Part shown: positions 36,649 to 50,000 of the stretch, in pieces
Position numbering within the stretch: position 1 is the first letter of the stretch
How the letters are laid out: each line of letters begins with the position of its first letter
From: an uncultured Chloroflexia bacterium
GTDB lineage: Bacteria; Chloroflexota; Limnocylindria; Limnocylindrales; CSP1-4
Direction: 5' to 3'
Length of the DNA: 64,000 nt
Assembly (NCBI GenBank): GCA_963752475.1
Contig: CAVVYR010000007.1
Coordinates: forward strand, 384,001-448,000
Translations under genes and position numbers: made by a program
Notes under the pieces: generated by a model
The model's database searches: none
What the model was told of the DNA's origin: nothing
The model's input: the letters and a program-made list of their open reading frames with translations, nothing else

Positions 36649-38241
36649 CTACCCGCGGGTCACGCGGACCTGGTCGATGCCAGCCTCGACCATGGCGTTG
36701 GTGCCGGCATCCACAGCCTCGATCTCGATGGCCAGGCGCTGTCCTGTGAACGCGCGTGGGATGGCCTTGTCGAGTGAGCGCCAGACCGGGCGGTGCTTGC
36801 GACCGTTGCCACTGACCTTGTGCAGCACCTTGACCCGTTTGCCCTTGGTATCCACCAGTCGGACGGCCAGGCCGTCGTTTGCTCGCGCTTTGGCACTCAG
36901 GCCCACCCAGTAGCGCAGCTTGACCCGGCCCTTGCCGTTGGCCGGGACGGTGAAGTACGGCGAGCGGATGGTGGTGCTGCCGCCGTCCACGTCGTGCCCC
37001 GGCTGGCGCCCGGTGACGAGCACCGCTTGACCCGATGCCGCCGAGCCCAGCTGGAACGCGTCCTTTAGCGGGTCGCCCCGCTGCCAGCGGCCGTCGCCGG
37101 CGGTATCGGTGCCCCGCGCGTTGACCATCCAGCCCCGGGCCAGCTCGAAGTCATCGTAGAGCGGACCACAGTAGGTCTTGACGGCCTTGGCCCCCAGCGC
37201 CGCGTACGGGCAGACCGCGCGGGCCATGAGATAGAGGACCGCTTCGCGGTTGCGGCTGGTCTCGCGGGCGATGACCTCGTCGGGCGGATACCAATGGGCG
37301 GGTGTGCCGCCGCCCCTCGGGTACAGCTCGAAGGTGAACGAGAAGATGCGATGGCGCGCGTACATCCAGTCGATCATGTCGCCATCGCTTGGATAGAGCG
37401 CACTGGACTGCTTCGCCCGATAGCCGTTGGTGCGGGCCATCGTCCTGCCCATCGTTCGAAACGTGGCGAGGTCGACCGCGGTCATGTCGGGCGGGAGGTC
37501 CTTGTGCGTGTAGGCATACGGCCAGAGCACGAGCTTGCCGGCGGTATGGAACGTGATGTGCGTGCGGATGCGCTGTTTGCCGTTCAGCACGCGGCTGTTG
37601 ACGAAGTCGCGCACGGCTCGGACCTCCGGCGCCGACCAGGCCCTGGGGCCGCGGTAGTCGAATGCGTTCGGCCGGCCGGATGAGCCGCCGCAGCACCCGA
37701 ACCTGTAGCCGTAGTTGCGGTTGAGGTCCGTTCCCACGTTGCTCGTGCCCGGCGTGGGTTGGCGGTTCTTCCGCCACGAGCGGTAGGGCGCGCCGGTGAG
37801 GTCGTGCTGCAGGCCGTCGGGATTGACCATGAAGACGATCCAGGTGCGGCGCTTGTCGACGAGGCTCGTGATGCGCTTGCCCAGCGGGGACTTCTTGCCG
37901 TAGTTGCTCGTCAGCAGGTCGAGGATGTAGATGGGCATCTCGGCACTCAGGTGCTCACGAGCGTGATGGAGCCCATCGAAGAGCACCTCTGGCTCGCCTT
38001 CGTCGGTGCCCACGTTGTCGCTGATCTCCGCGGCCCACAGCTTGCGGCCCTGGTAGCTCTGCCCGATGGAGAAGACGCGCACGATGCCCGGGTGCCTGGC
38101 GGCGACCCGCTGGATGTGGCTGACCATCTCCGGGTACGAGTGGTAGCCCGAATCCTTGGCTGGATACGAGGCGCCGAGGACGGGCAGCGCAGCGCTGAGG
38201 AGCACGGCCAGGGCGATGGCGATGGTCAGGGCGGAACGCAT
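36649..38241 (-). CDS. Secreted M14 zinc carboxypeptidase (carboxypeptidase T-like) with C-terminal beta domain
   Basis: HHARE, NPDG, WRKNR, DLNRN, TFH, FELYP; signal peptide. Confidence 0.92.
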   Translation of the reverse strand: MRSALTIAIALAVLLSAALPVLGASYPAKDSGYHSYPEMVSHIQRVAARHPGIVRVFSIGQSYQGRKLWAAEISDNVGTDEGEPEVLFDGLHHAREHLSAEMPIYILDLLTSNYGKKSPLGKRITSLVDKRRTWIVFMVNPDGLQHDLTGAPYRSWRKNRQPTPGTSNVGTDLNRNYGYRFGCCGGSSGRPNAFDYRGPRAWSAPEVRAVRDFVNSRVLNGKQRIRTHITFHTAGKLVLWPYAYTHKDLPPDMTAVDLATFRTMGRTMARTNGYRAKQSSALYPSDGDMIDWMYARHRIFSFTFELYPRGGGTPAHWYPPDEVIARETSRNREAVLYLMARAVCPYAALGAKAVKTYCGPLYDDFELARGWMVNARGTDTAGDGRWQRGDPLKDAFQLGSAASGQAVLVTGRQPGHDVDGGSTTIRSPYFTVPANGKGRVKLRYWVGLSAKARANDGLAVRLVDTKGKRVKVLHKVSGNGRKHRPVWRSLDKAIPRAFTGQRLAIEIEAVDAGTNAMVEAGIDQVRVTRG

Positions 38242-38582
38242 CGATGCAGATGGTAGAGGGTCGCTCAGGTATGGGTGGTGGTACTGGTCCGCGACCCGCC
38301 GTCGGTCCTGTGTGCGGTCCGTGGTAGTGGTGTGCGGTTCGGGCCGCTGGCGTGGACTCGGCGATCCAACGAGTGGTGACACCCGACACCGCACATGGCC
38401 GATTGGTACTAGTACCGCTTGCCAAAGGTCATGTCGATGGGTGACTATCGGCGACCTGCGGCATAGGCCGTGGATGGCCGGATTCATCCCGGCGTACTTA
38501 TTCACTCCGAGCGGAGTAGGTATCTATCGGCGAACGGGACCCAGAGGCGAAATCGTGGGTCCGAACCGAAGGAGAGGCATCG

Positions 38583-41500
38583 ATGTACTCGACCAAGCGT
38601 CGTGGCAAGGGCACCGCGTTCCTTGCCGTCCTGCAGTCACTACTACTACTGACCGCGCTGGTGCTGGTGCCAGCATCAGCCATCGCCCAGGACGGCCACC
38701 ACTCCCAGGTCGACCTGGCCGAGGACATCGTCAAGGCCAACGCCGATCACCCCAAGGGCAGCCTCGGGGACCGCGGATTCAAGCTCCGCCTCTTCCCCCA
38801 GCAGCCCAAGGTCGCGGTCGGCGGCAAGGTCGTCGTGTCCGCCTGGGTCTGCCCCGGCTGGGACAAGACCCCCTTCGGCGGCCCCAAGGGTGACGGCAAG
38901 CCCGGTGGCGATGACACCTGCAAGCCGATCAAGGCCGAGTGGTCCGTCGAGGGCCCTGCCACGCTCGCCAACCACAAGGCCCTCAAGACCCGCCTCGTGC
39001 TCAATGCCGACGGTGCCGTCCGCCTCACGGCCGAAGTCGATGACCTCAAGCAGTCCACGAAGATCACCGTCAAGGGGACGGCCGCCAAGAACCGCGGCTC
39101 CGATGCCGCCGCGATCGTGAAGAAGGCCGCCCAGAAGGAGGCCAAGGCCGCCAAGGTCAAGGCCCAGAAGGCCGCCGCCAGGCAGGCCGCCGCCGAGCAG
39201 GCCGCGCCGCCGAGCAGGCCGCTGCCGAGCAGGCCGCTGCTGCCCAGGCCGCTGCTGCTGCTGCCAAGCCGGCCGCCCCCGCCGCCGAGCCCGCGCAGGT
39301 CGCCTCTCCTGCCGCCGAGCCCGCCGTCGAAGCGCCCATCATCGAAGAGCCCGCCGCCGAGGAGCCCGCCCAGGCCCCGGTGGAGGAATCCGTCCCGGCC
39401 GAGGAGCCCGCTGAAGAGCCGGCCGCCGAGGAGCCCGAGCCGCCGAGGAGCCTGCGGCCGAGGAGCCCAATGCCGACGAGCCCGAGGCCGAGGAGCCCGC
39501 TGCCGAGGAGCCCATGCCGAAGAGCCCGGCCGCCGAGGAGCCCGCGGCCGAGGAGCCCGCTGAGGCCCCGGCCGCCGAGGAGCCCGCTGCCGAGGAGCCC
39601 GCTGAAGAGCCCGAGCCGACGAGCAGCCCGCTGCCGAGGAGCCTGCTGAAGAGCCCGCCGCCGAGGAGGAGCAGCCCGCTGCCGAGGAGCCAGCGAGCCC
39701 GCCGCCGAGGAGGAGAGCCCGCCGCCGAGGAGGAGAGCCCGCCGCCGAGGAGGAGCAGCCCGCCGCCGAGGAGGAGAGCCCGCCGCCGAGGAGGAGCAGC
39801 CCGCCGCCGAGGAGGAGAGCCCGCCGCCGAGGAGGAGCAGCCCGCCGCCGAGGAGGAGAGCCCGCCGCCGAGGAGGAGCAGCCCGCCGCCGAAGAGCCTG
39901 CCGCCGAGGAGCCTGCTGCCGAGGAGCCCATCGAGGCCCCGGCTGAAGAGCCCGCTGCCGAGGCCCCGGCCGCTGAAGAGCCCGCCGCCAAGGAGCCCAA
40001 GGCTCAGGCTGCAGCTCAGGCCGTCACCGTCCAGGCTGATCCCCTGCAGATCGGAACGGCTGGCCTCACCAGCCTCGCCATCGACGCCAAGCTCGCGAAC
40101 CACACGAGCGCAGAGAACAACGGCGGAAGCAACGCCGAGAACTGCATCCGCTATACCCCGATCCCGAACGCGGCCCCCAACCAGACCGAGACGACCTGGG
40201 TCGATGCCAACAGCAACCCCGACACCGCCTGGACCGCCCACGGTCGGTACACGGTCCCGAACCAGCAGGGATCGGTCTGCCCACCGGACCCGTCCATCAA
40301 TCTGGACGAGCAAAGCTCCATCGGTTTCACGCCCGCTGCCTATGCGCCCAACGATGTCCCCACGGGTAGCCCCTTCCTGCTCGGTAGGTTCACGCATGAC
40401 AACAACGTCATCACCGGTGTTGACAGCCTTTACACGGGTGACCTGAAGATTCGCCTCACCGCCGACAACACGAGCACCCTCACCTACAACTGGGGCTTCA
40501 ACGAGACAAACAACTACCCCAACAGTGGCGTCTGCGAGTTCGGCAACGAGCCGTGCGCGGACAAGACCTGGTTCAACAACACCATCGACGACACGACCAT
40601 CACTAGTGGTGGTATCCCGTACCAGTTGGTGATCATCGGCTTCAGGAGCGACGTTGATGGCAGCTGCCCCGGGACGCCGTCCGGCACTCCCACCGACAAC
40701 TGGTGGACCGCCGAGGACACGACCAGCTACGGCTGCCTGTACGCCGAGCTGACAGAGAAGCGCGCCCTCAAGATCGTCAAGGAGGTCCTCGGCGCTCCGG
40801 CGCCCAACAAGGGCTTCCCCTTCACCTCCAGCAGTTCCTTCGGCACCGACAGCCCGTGGGACAGCAGCAACGGTGGCAAGACGCTCAAGGACGACGGAGT
40901 CAACGACTCCTGGGGTCCGAAGACGTTCCTCTCGACCGAAGAGGACGTGACGATCACCGAGAGCATCCCGAATGGCTGGATCCTCAAGGACGTCGTCTGC
41001 TCGGACAAGTACACGACCTACACCCAGGGCACCCACTACACCCTGAATAAGGGTACGGGCAAGCTCGTCCTGAACAACATCCCCGAGTCCAACAAGGCAG
41101 ACGCGCTGATGGTGACGTGTACCTTCAAGAACGAGCGCGATAGTGGCACCATCATCGTCAAGAAGAAGGCCGTCCCGGACGACGGTACGCCCTTCACGTT
41201 CGATCCGTCATGGAACAGCGAGCCGAACTTCAACCTGTTCCACAACGACAGCAAGACCTTCACCGACCTGCCCGCTGGCGTGGAGTACTCGGTCTCCGAG
41301 ATCAACATCCCCACCCACTGGGTCCTGACCAAGGTGGAGTGCAAGCAGGGCGAGCAGGTCCTGGCCGACGAGAACGGCGAGGCCTTCGAGCTGAAGCCCG
41401 GCGAGACCGTCACCTGCACCTTCACCAACAAGAAGGCCAGCATCGACATCGAGAAGGCCACCAACGGCGCCGACGCCGACAGCCCCACCGGACCCTTCAT

Positions 41501-44500
41501 CGCGGTGGGCAACCCGGTCAACTGGACCTATGAGGTCGAGAACACCGGCAACGTCGCGCTCACCAACGTGTCCGTCACCGACGACCAGGGTGTGACGGTG
41601 ACCTGCCCGCAGGACACGCTCGCCGCCGGCGAGTCGATGACCTGCACCGCCAACGGCACGGCCACGGCCGGCCAGTACGACAACCTCGGCACCGCCACCG
41701 GCACCCCGCCGGCCGGCCCGCCCGTCGACGATGAGTACCGAGCCACTACTTCGGCGCGGACGCCAGCATCGACATCGAGAAGGCCACCAACGGCGCCGAC
41801 GCCGACAGCCCCACCGGACCCTTCATCGCGGTGGGTGACCCGGTCAACTGGACCTATGAGGTCGAGAACACCGGCAACGTCGCGCTCACCAACGTGTCCG
41901 TCACCGACGACCAGGGTGTGACGGTGACCTGCCCGCAGGACACGCTCGCCGCCGGCGAGTCGATGACCTGCACCGCCAACGGCACGGCCACGGCCGGCCA
42001 GTACGACAACCTCGGCACCGCCACCGGCACCCCGCCGGCCGGCCCGCCCGTCGACGATGAGGATCCGAGCCACTACTTCGGCGCGGACGCCAGCATCGAC
42101 ATCGAGAAGGCCACCAACGGCGCCGACGCCGACAGCCCCACCGGACCCTTCATCGCGGTGGGTGACCCGGTCAACTGGACCTATGAGGTCGAGAACACCG
42201 GCAACGTCGCGCTCACCAACGTGTCCGTCACCGACGACCAGGGTGTGACGGTGACCTGCCCGCAGGACACGCTCGCCGCCGGCGAGTCGATGACCTGCAC
42301 CGCCAACGGCACGGCCACGGCCGGCCAGTACGACAACCTCGGCACCGCCACCGGCACCCCGCCGGCCGGCCCGCCCGTCGACGATGAGGATCCGAGCCAC
42401 TACTTCGGCGCGGACGCCAGCATCGACATCGAGAAGGCCACCAACGGCGCCGACGCCGACAGCCCCACCGGACCCTTCATCGCGGTGGGTGACCCGGTCA
42501 ACTGGGAATACGAGGTCACCAACGACGGCAACGTCGACCTCACCGACGTGGAGGTCACCGACAGCGACGTGGCCGCCAGCGCCATCGACTGCGGTGCTCC
42601 CGACAACGACAACGTCATCGAGAGCCTGGCGGTGGGCCAGACCGTGACCTGTGAGGCCACGGGCACGGCCACGGCCGGCCAGTACGACAACCTCGGCACC
42701 GCCACCGGCACCCCGCCGGCCGGCCCGCCCGTCGACGATGAGGATCCGAGCCACTACTTCGGCGCGGACGCCAGCATCGACATCGAGAAGGCCACCAACG
42801 GCGCCGACGCCGACAGCCCCACCGGACCCTTCATCGCGGTGGGTGCCACGGTCACCTGGGAATACGAGGTCACCAACGACGGCAACGTCGACCTCACCGA
42901 CGTGGAGGTCACCGACAGCGACGTGGCCGCCAGCGCCATCGACTGCGGTGCTCCCGACAACGACAACGTCATCGAGAGCCTGGCGGTGGGCCAGACCGTG
43001 ACCTGTGAGGCCACGGGCACGGCCACGGCCGGCCAGTACGACAACCTCGGCACCGCCACCGGCACCCCGCCGGCCGGCCCGCCCGTCGACGATGAGGATC
43101 CGAGCCACTACTTCGGCGCGGACGCCAGCATCGACATCGAGAAGGCCACCAACGGCGCCGACGCCGACAGCCCCACCGGACCCTTCATCGCGGTGGGCAA
43201 CCCGGTCAACTGGACCTATGAGGTCGAGAACACCGGCAACGTCGCGCTCACCAACGTGTCCGTCACCGACGACCAGGGTGTGACGGTGACCTGCCCGCAG
43301 GACACGCTCGCCGCCGGCGAGTCGATGACCTGCACCGCCAACGGCACGGCCACGGCCGGCCAGTACGACAACCTCGGCACCGCCACCGGCACCCCGCCGG
43401 CCGGCCCGCCCGTCGACGATGAGGATCCGAGCCACTACTTCGGCGCGGACGCCAGCATCGACATCGAGAAGGCCACCAACGGCGCCGACGCCGACAGCCC
43501 CACCGGACCCTTCATCGCGGTGGGTGACCCGGTCAACTGGACCTATGAGGTCGAGAACACCGGCAACGTCGCGCTCACCAACGTGTCCGTCACCGACGAC
43601 CAGGGTGTGACGGTGACCTGCCCGCAGGACACGCTCGCCGCCGGCGAGTCGATGACCTGCACCGCCAACGGCACGGCCACGGCCGGCCAGTACGACAACC
43701 TCGGCACCGCCACCGGCACCCCGCCGGCCGGCCCGCCCGTCGACGATGAGGATCCGAGCCACTACTTCGGCGCGGACGCCAGCATCGACATCGAGAAGGC
43801 CACCAACGGCGCCGACGCCGACAGCCCCACCGGACCCTTCATCGCGGTGGGTGACCCGGTCAACTGGGAATACGAGGTCACCAACGACGGCAACGTCGAC
43901 CTCACCGACGTGGAGGTCACCGACAGCGACGTGGCCGCCAGCGCCATCGACTGCGGTGCTCCCGACAACGACAACGTCATCGAGAGCCTGGCGGTGGGCC
44001 AGACCGTGACCTGTGAGGCCACGGGCACGGCCACGGCCGGCCAGTACGACAACCTCGGCACCGCCACCGGCACCCCGCCGGCCGGCCCGCCCGTCGACGA
44101 TGAGGATCCGAGCCACTACTTCGGCGCGGACGCCAGCATCGACATCGAGAAGGCCACCAACGGCGCCGACGCCGACAGCCCCACCGGACCCTTCATCGCG
44201 GTGGGCAACCCGGTCAACTGGACCTATGAGGTCGAGAACACCGGCAACGTCGCGCTCACCAACGTGTCCGTCACCGACGACCAGGGTGTGACGGTGACCT
44301 GCCCGCAGGACACGCTCGCCGCCGGCGAGTCGATGACCTGCACCGCCAACGGCACGGCCACGGCCGGCCAGTACGACAACCTCGGCACCGCCACCGGCAC
44401 CCCGCCGGCCGGCCCGCCCGTCGACGATGAGGATCCGAGCCACTACTTCGGCGCGGACGCCAGCATCGACATCGAGAAGGCCACCAACGGCGCCGACGCC

Positions 44501-46682
44501 GACAGCCCCACCGGACCCTTCATCGCGGTGGGTGACCCGGTCAACTGGACCTATGAGGTCGAGAACACCGGCAACGTCGCGCTCACCAACGTGTCCGTCA
44601 CCGACGACCAGGGTGTGACGGTGACCTGCCCGCAGGACACGCTCGCCGCCGGCGAGTCGATGACCTGCACCGCCAACGGCACGGCCACGGCCGGCCAGTA
44701 CGACAACCTCGGCACCGCCACCGGCACCCCGCCGGCCGGCCCGCCCGTCGACGATGAGGATCCGAGCCACTACTTCGGCGCGGACGCCAGCATCGACATC
44801 GAGAAGGCCACCAACGGCGCCGACGCCGACAGCCCCACCGGACCCTTCATCGCGGTGGGCAGCACCGTCAACTGGACCTATGAGGTCGAGAACACCGGCA
44901 ACGTCGCGCTCACCAACGTGTCCGTCACCGACGACCAGGGTGTGACGGTGACCTGCCCGCAGGACACGCTCGCCGCCGGCGAGTCGATGACCTGCACCGC
45001 CAACGGCACGGCCACGGCCGGCCAGTACGACAACCTCGGCACCGCCACCGGCACCCCGCCGGCCGGCCCGCCCGTCGACGATGAGGATCCGAGCCACTAC
45101 TTCGGCGCGGACGCCAGCATCGACATCGAGAAGGCCACCAACGGCGCCGACGCCGACAGCCCCACCGGACCCTTCATCGCGGTGGGTGACCCGGTCAACT
45201 GGACCTATGAGGTCGAGAACACCGGCAACGTCGCGCTCACCAACGTGTCCGTCACCGACGACCAGGGTGTGACGGTGACCTGCCCGCAGGACACGCTCGC
45301 CGCCGGCGAGTCGATGACCTGCACCGCCAACGGCACGGCCACGGCCGGCCAGTACGACAACCTCGGCACCGCCACCGGCACCCCGCCGGCCGGCCCGCCC
45401 GTCGACGATGACGATCCGAGCCACTACTTCGGCGCGGACGCCAGCATCGACATCGAGAAGGCCACCAACGGCGCCGACGCCGACAGCCCCACCGGACCCT
45501 TCATCGCGGTGGGCAGCACCGTCAACTGGGCCTACATCGTCACCAACACCGGCAACGTCGCCCTGAGCGACGTGACCGTCACCGACGACGAGCTGGCCCC
45601 CACTGATATCGTGTGCGACGGCTCCGACGACAACGTCATCCCGTCCCTGTTGCCGGGCGCCAGTGCGAACTGCGCGGCCACCGGCACCGCCGTGGCCGGC
45701 CAGTACGACAACATCGGCACCGCCACCGGCACCCCGCCGGCCGGCGACCCGCCGACCGATGACCGATCCGAGCCACTACTTCGGTGCCGTGCCCGGCATC
45801 GACATCCAGAAGGCCACCAACGGCCAGGACGCCGACGCCCCGACCGGACCGGTCGTGGCCGTGGGTGATCCCATCACCTGGACCTACGTGGTCACCAACA
45901 CCGGCAACGTCGCCCTGAGCGACGTGACCGTCACCGACAACAAGCTTGCCGCCAGCGCCATCGCGTGCGACGGCAGTGGCACCAACGTCATCGCGTCCCT
46001 GGCGCCGAAGGCGTCCGTGACCTGCAAGGCCACGGGTACCGCCGTCGCGGGCCAGTACGCCAACACGGGCTCCGCCACCGGCACGCCGCCGGAGGGTGAG
46101 CCACCGGCGGACTCCGACCCGAGCCACTACTTCGGTGCCGCTCCCGGCATCGACATCGAGAAGTCCACCAATGGCTTCGACGCCGACAACCCGACGGGTC
46201 CGGGCGTGCAGGTCGGTGAGTCCATCACCTGGACCTATGAGGTCACCAACACCGGCAACGTCACGCTCACCGGCGTGACCGTCACCGACGACCAGGGTGT
46301 GGTGGTCTCCTGTCCGAAGAGCACGCTCGTCGCCGGCGAGTCGATGACCTGCACCGCGAGCGGTACGGCCACGGCCGGCCAGTACGTCAACACCGGCACC
46401 GCCACCGGCACCCCGCCGGTCGGCGTGGCCCCGAGCGACAGCGACAAGAGCCACTACTTCGGCATCGAGGTCGAGGTCGAGTCCACCCCGCTCCCGACCG
46501 AGTCCCTGAAGCCCACGGACATGCTGTTCACGACCGACACCATCGGTCCGGCCGATGACGGCGATCCCATGGGTGCCCTGTTCAACTGGGCCCTCTGGCT
46601 CGCGCTCAGTGCGCTGCTCATCGTGGGCACCGCCGCGATCATCCGCCGCGAGCGCTACGCGGAGGTCAAGACCCGCCGCTAG
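38583..46682 (+). CDS. Giant surface adhesin-like protein copy 1 (15 Ig-like DUF11/DUF7507-type repeats), several apparent frameshifts
   Basis: Signal peptide; shared N-terminal domain; Ala/Glu/Pro stalk; THDN-containing domain; two SpaA/prealbumin-like domains (CTFKN, CTFTN); repeats; C-terminal TM plus basic tail. Frame breaks near 39200-39900, 41735, 45762. Confidence 0.85.
41436..46460 (+). repeat. 15 coding tandem units of 327 bp (type A) or about 350 bp (types B-E)
   Basis: Units start near 41436, 41762, 42089, 42416, 42770, 43124, 43451, 43778, 44132, 44459, 44786, 45113, 45440, 45795, 46146. Confidence 0.93.
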
Positions 46683-46713
46683 CACCCACGGTCGATCCCA
46701 GACCGCATCCACC

Positions 46714-46755
46714 ACGAAGGCCGGGCTCGGAGAGGGGCCCGGCCTTCGTCTCTGT
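46714..46755 (+). terminator. Terminator hairpin after adhesin copy 1
   Basis: ACGAAGGCCGGGCTC...GGGCCCGGCCTTCGT-CTCTGT. Confidence 0.75.
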
Positions 46756-47071
46756 CCGGCCCGGGGTCGGAGGAGGGAGCTACGGGCGGCGGACAGTCGC
46801 CGTCTGCGGTGCATGCCGGGCTGTGAAGAACGGTGAGGTCGCGCCTCGCCACGACGTTGTGGAACGGTGCTAGTGCGCACCGCATATGGCCGATTGGTAC
46901 TAGGACCGCTTGCCAAAGGTCATGGCGAGAGTGAGACTTAGCCTTCGCGGCTCAGGCCGTGGATGGCCGGATTCATCCCGGCGTACTTATTCACTCCGAG
47001 CGGAGTAGGTATCTATCGGCGAACGGGACCCAGAGGCGAAATCGTGGGTCCGAACCGAAGGAGAGGCATCG

Positions 47072-50000
47072 ATGTACTCGACCAAGCGTCGTGGCAAGGG
47101 CACCGCGTTCCTTGCCGTCCTGCAGTCACTACTACTACTGACCGCGCTGGTGCTGGTGCCAGCATCAGCCATCGCCCAGGACGGCCACCACTCCCAGGTC
47201 GACCTGGCCGAGGACATCGTCAAGGCCAACGCCGATCACCCCAAGGGCAGCCTCGGGGACCGCGGATTCAAGCTCCGCCTGTTCCCCCAGCAGCCCAAGG
47301 TCGCGGTCGGCGGCAAGGTCGTCGTGTCCGCCTGGGTCTGCCCCGGCTGGGACAAGACCCCCTTCGGCGGCCCCAAGGGTGACGGCAAGCCCGGTGGCGA
47401 TGACACCTGCAAGCCGATCAAGGCCGAGTGGTCCGTCGAGGGCCCTGCCACGCTCGCCAACCACAAGGCCCTCAAGACCCGCCTCGTGCTCAATGCCGAC
47501 GGTGCCGTCCGCCTCACGGCCGAAGTCGATGACCTCAAGCAGTCCACGAAGATCACCGTCAAGGGGACGGCCGCCAAGAACCGCGGCTCCGATGCCGCCG
47601 CGATCGTGAAGAAGGCCGCCCAGAAGGAGGCCAAGGCCGCCAAGGTCAAGGCCCAGAAGGCCGCCGCCAGGCAGGCCGCCGCCAGGCAGGCCGCTGCCGC
47701 CGAGCAGGCCGCTGCTGAGCAGGCCGCTGCTGCCCAGGCCGCTGCTGCTGCTGCCAAGCCGGCCGCCCCCGCCGCCGAGCCCGCGCAGGTCGCCTCTCCT
47801 GCTGCCGAGCCCGCCGTCGAAGCACCCATCAACGAAGAGCCCGCCGCCGAGGAGCCCGCCCAGGCCCCGGTGGAGGACTCCGTCCCGGCCGAGGAGCCTG
47901 CTGAAGCGCCGGCCGCCGAAGAGCCCAAGAGCGAAGAGCCTGCGGCCGACGAGCCCAAGGCCGACGAGCCCAAGGCCGAAGAGCCTGCGGCCGAGGAGCC
48001 CAAGGCCGACGAGCCCAAGGCCGAAGAGCCTGCGGCCGAGGAGCCCGCAGAGGCCCCGGTGGAGGAATCTGTCCCTGAGGCTCCCGCCGAAGAGCCCAAG
48101 AACGAGCAGCCCGCCGCCGAGGAGGAGCAGCCCGCCGCCGAGGAGGAGCAGCCCGCCGCCGAGGAGAGCAGGGCCGCCGAGCAGCCCGCCGCCGAGGAGG
48201 AGCAGCCCGCCGCCGAGGAGGAGCAGCCCGCCGCCGAGGAGGAGCAGCCCGCCGCCGAGGAGGAGCAGCCCGCCGCCGAGGAGGAGCAGCCCGCCGCCGA
48301 GGAGGAGCAGCCCGCCGCCGAGGAGGAGCAGCCCGCCGCCGAGGAGGAGCAGCCCGCCGCCGAGGAGGAGCAGCCCGCCGCCGAGGAGGAGCAGCCCGCC
48401 GCCGAGGAGGAGCAGCCCGCCGCCGAGGAGGAGCAGCCCGCCGCCGAGGAGGAGCAGCCCGCCGCCGAGGAGGAGCAGCCCGCCGCCGAAGAGCCTGCCG
48501 CCGAGGAGCCTGCTGCCGAGGAGCCCATCGAGGCCCCGGCTGAAGAGCCCGCTGCCGAGGCCCCGGCCGCTGAAGAGCCCGCCGCCAAGGAGCCCAAGGC
48601 TCAGGCTGCAGCTCAGGCCGTCACCGTCCAGGCTGATCCCCTGCAGATCGGAACGGCTGGCCTCACCAGCCTCGCCATCGACGCCAAGCTCGCGAACCAC
48701 ACGAGCGCAGAGAACAACGGCGGAAGCAACGCCGAGAACTGCATCCGCTATACCCCGATCCCGAACGCGGCCCCCAACCAGACCGAGACGACCTGGGTCG
48801 ATGCCAACAGCAACCCCGACACCGCCTGGACCGCCCACGGTCGGTACACGGTCCCGAACCAGCAGGGATCGGTCTGCCCACCGGACCCGTCCATCAATCT
48901 GGACGAGCAAAGCTCCATCGGTTTCACGCCCGCTGCCTATGCGCCCAACGATGTCCCCACGGGTAGCCCCTTCCTGCTCGGTAGGTTCACGCATGACAAC
49001 AACGTCATCACCGGTGTTGACAGCCTTTACACGGGTGACCTGAAGATTCGCCTCACCGCCGACAACACGAGCACCCTCACCTACAACTGGGGCTTCAACG
49101 AGACAAACAACTACCCCAACAGTGGCGTCTGCGAGTTCGGCAACGAGCCGTGCGCGGACAAGACCTGGTTCAACAACACCATCGACGACACGACCATCAC
49201 TAGTGGTGGTATCCCGTACCAGTTGGTGATCATCGGCTTCAGGAGCGACGTTGATGGCAGCTGCCCCGGGACGCCGTCCGGCACTCCCACCGACAACTGG
49301 TGGACCGCCGAGGACACGACCAGCTACGGCTGCCTGTACGCCGAGCTGACAGAGAAGCGCGCCCTCAAGATCGTCAAGGAGGTCCTCGGCGCTCCGGCGC
49401 CCAACAAGGGCTTCCCCTTCACCTCCAGCAGTTCCTTCGGCACCGACAGCCCGTGGGACAGCAGCAACGGTGGCAAGACGCTCAAGGACGACGGAGTCAA
49501 CGACTCCTGGGGTCCGAAGACGTTCCTCTCGACCGAAGAGGACGTGACGATCACCGAGAGCATCCCGAATGGCTGGATCCTCAAGGACGTCGTCTGCTCG
49601 GACAAGTACACGACCTACACCCAGGGCACCCACTACACCCTGAATAAGGGTACGGGCAAGCTCGTCCTGAACAACATCCCCGAGTCCAACAAGGCAGACG
49701 CGCTGATGGTGACGTGTACCTTCAAGAACGAGCGCGATAGTGGCACCATCATCGTCAAGAAGAAGGCCGTCCCGGACGACGGTACGCCCTTCACGTTCGA
49801 TCCGTCATGGAACAGCGAGCCGAACTTCAACCTGTTCCACAACGACAGCAAGACCTTCACCGACCTGCCCGCTGGCGTGGAGTACTCGGTCTCCGAGATC
49901 AACATCCCCACCCACTGGGTCCTGACCAAGGTGGAGTGCAAGCAGGGCGAGCAGGTCCTGGCCGACGAGAACGGCGAGGCCTTCGAGCTGAAGCCCGGCG

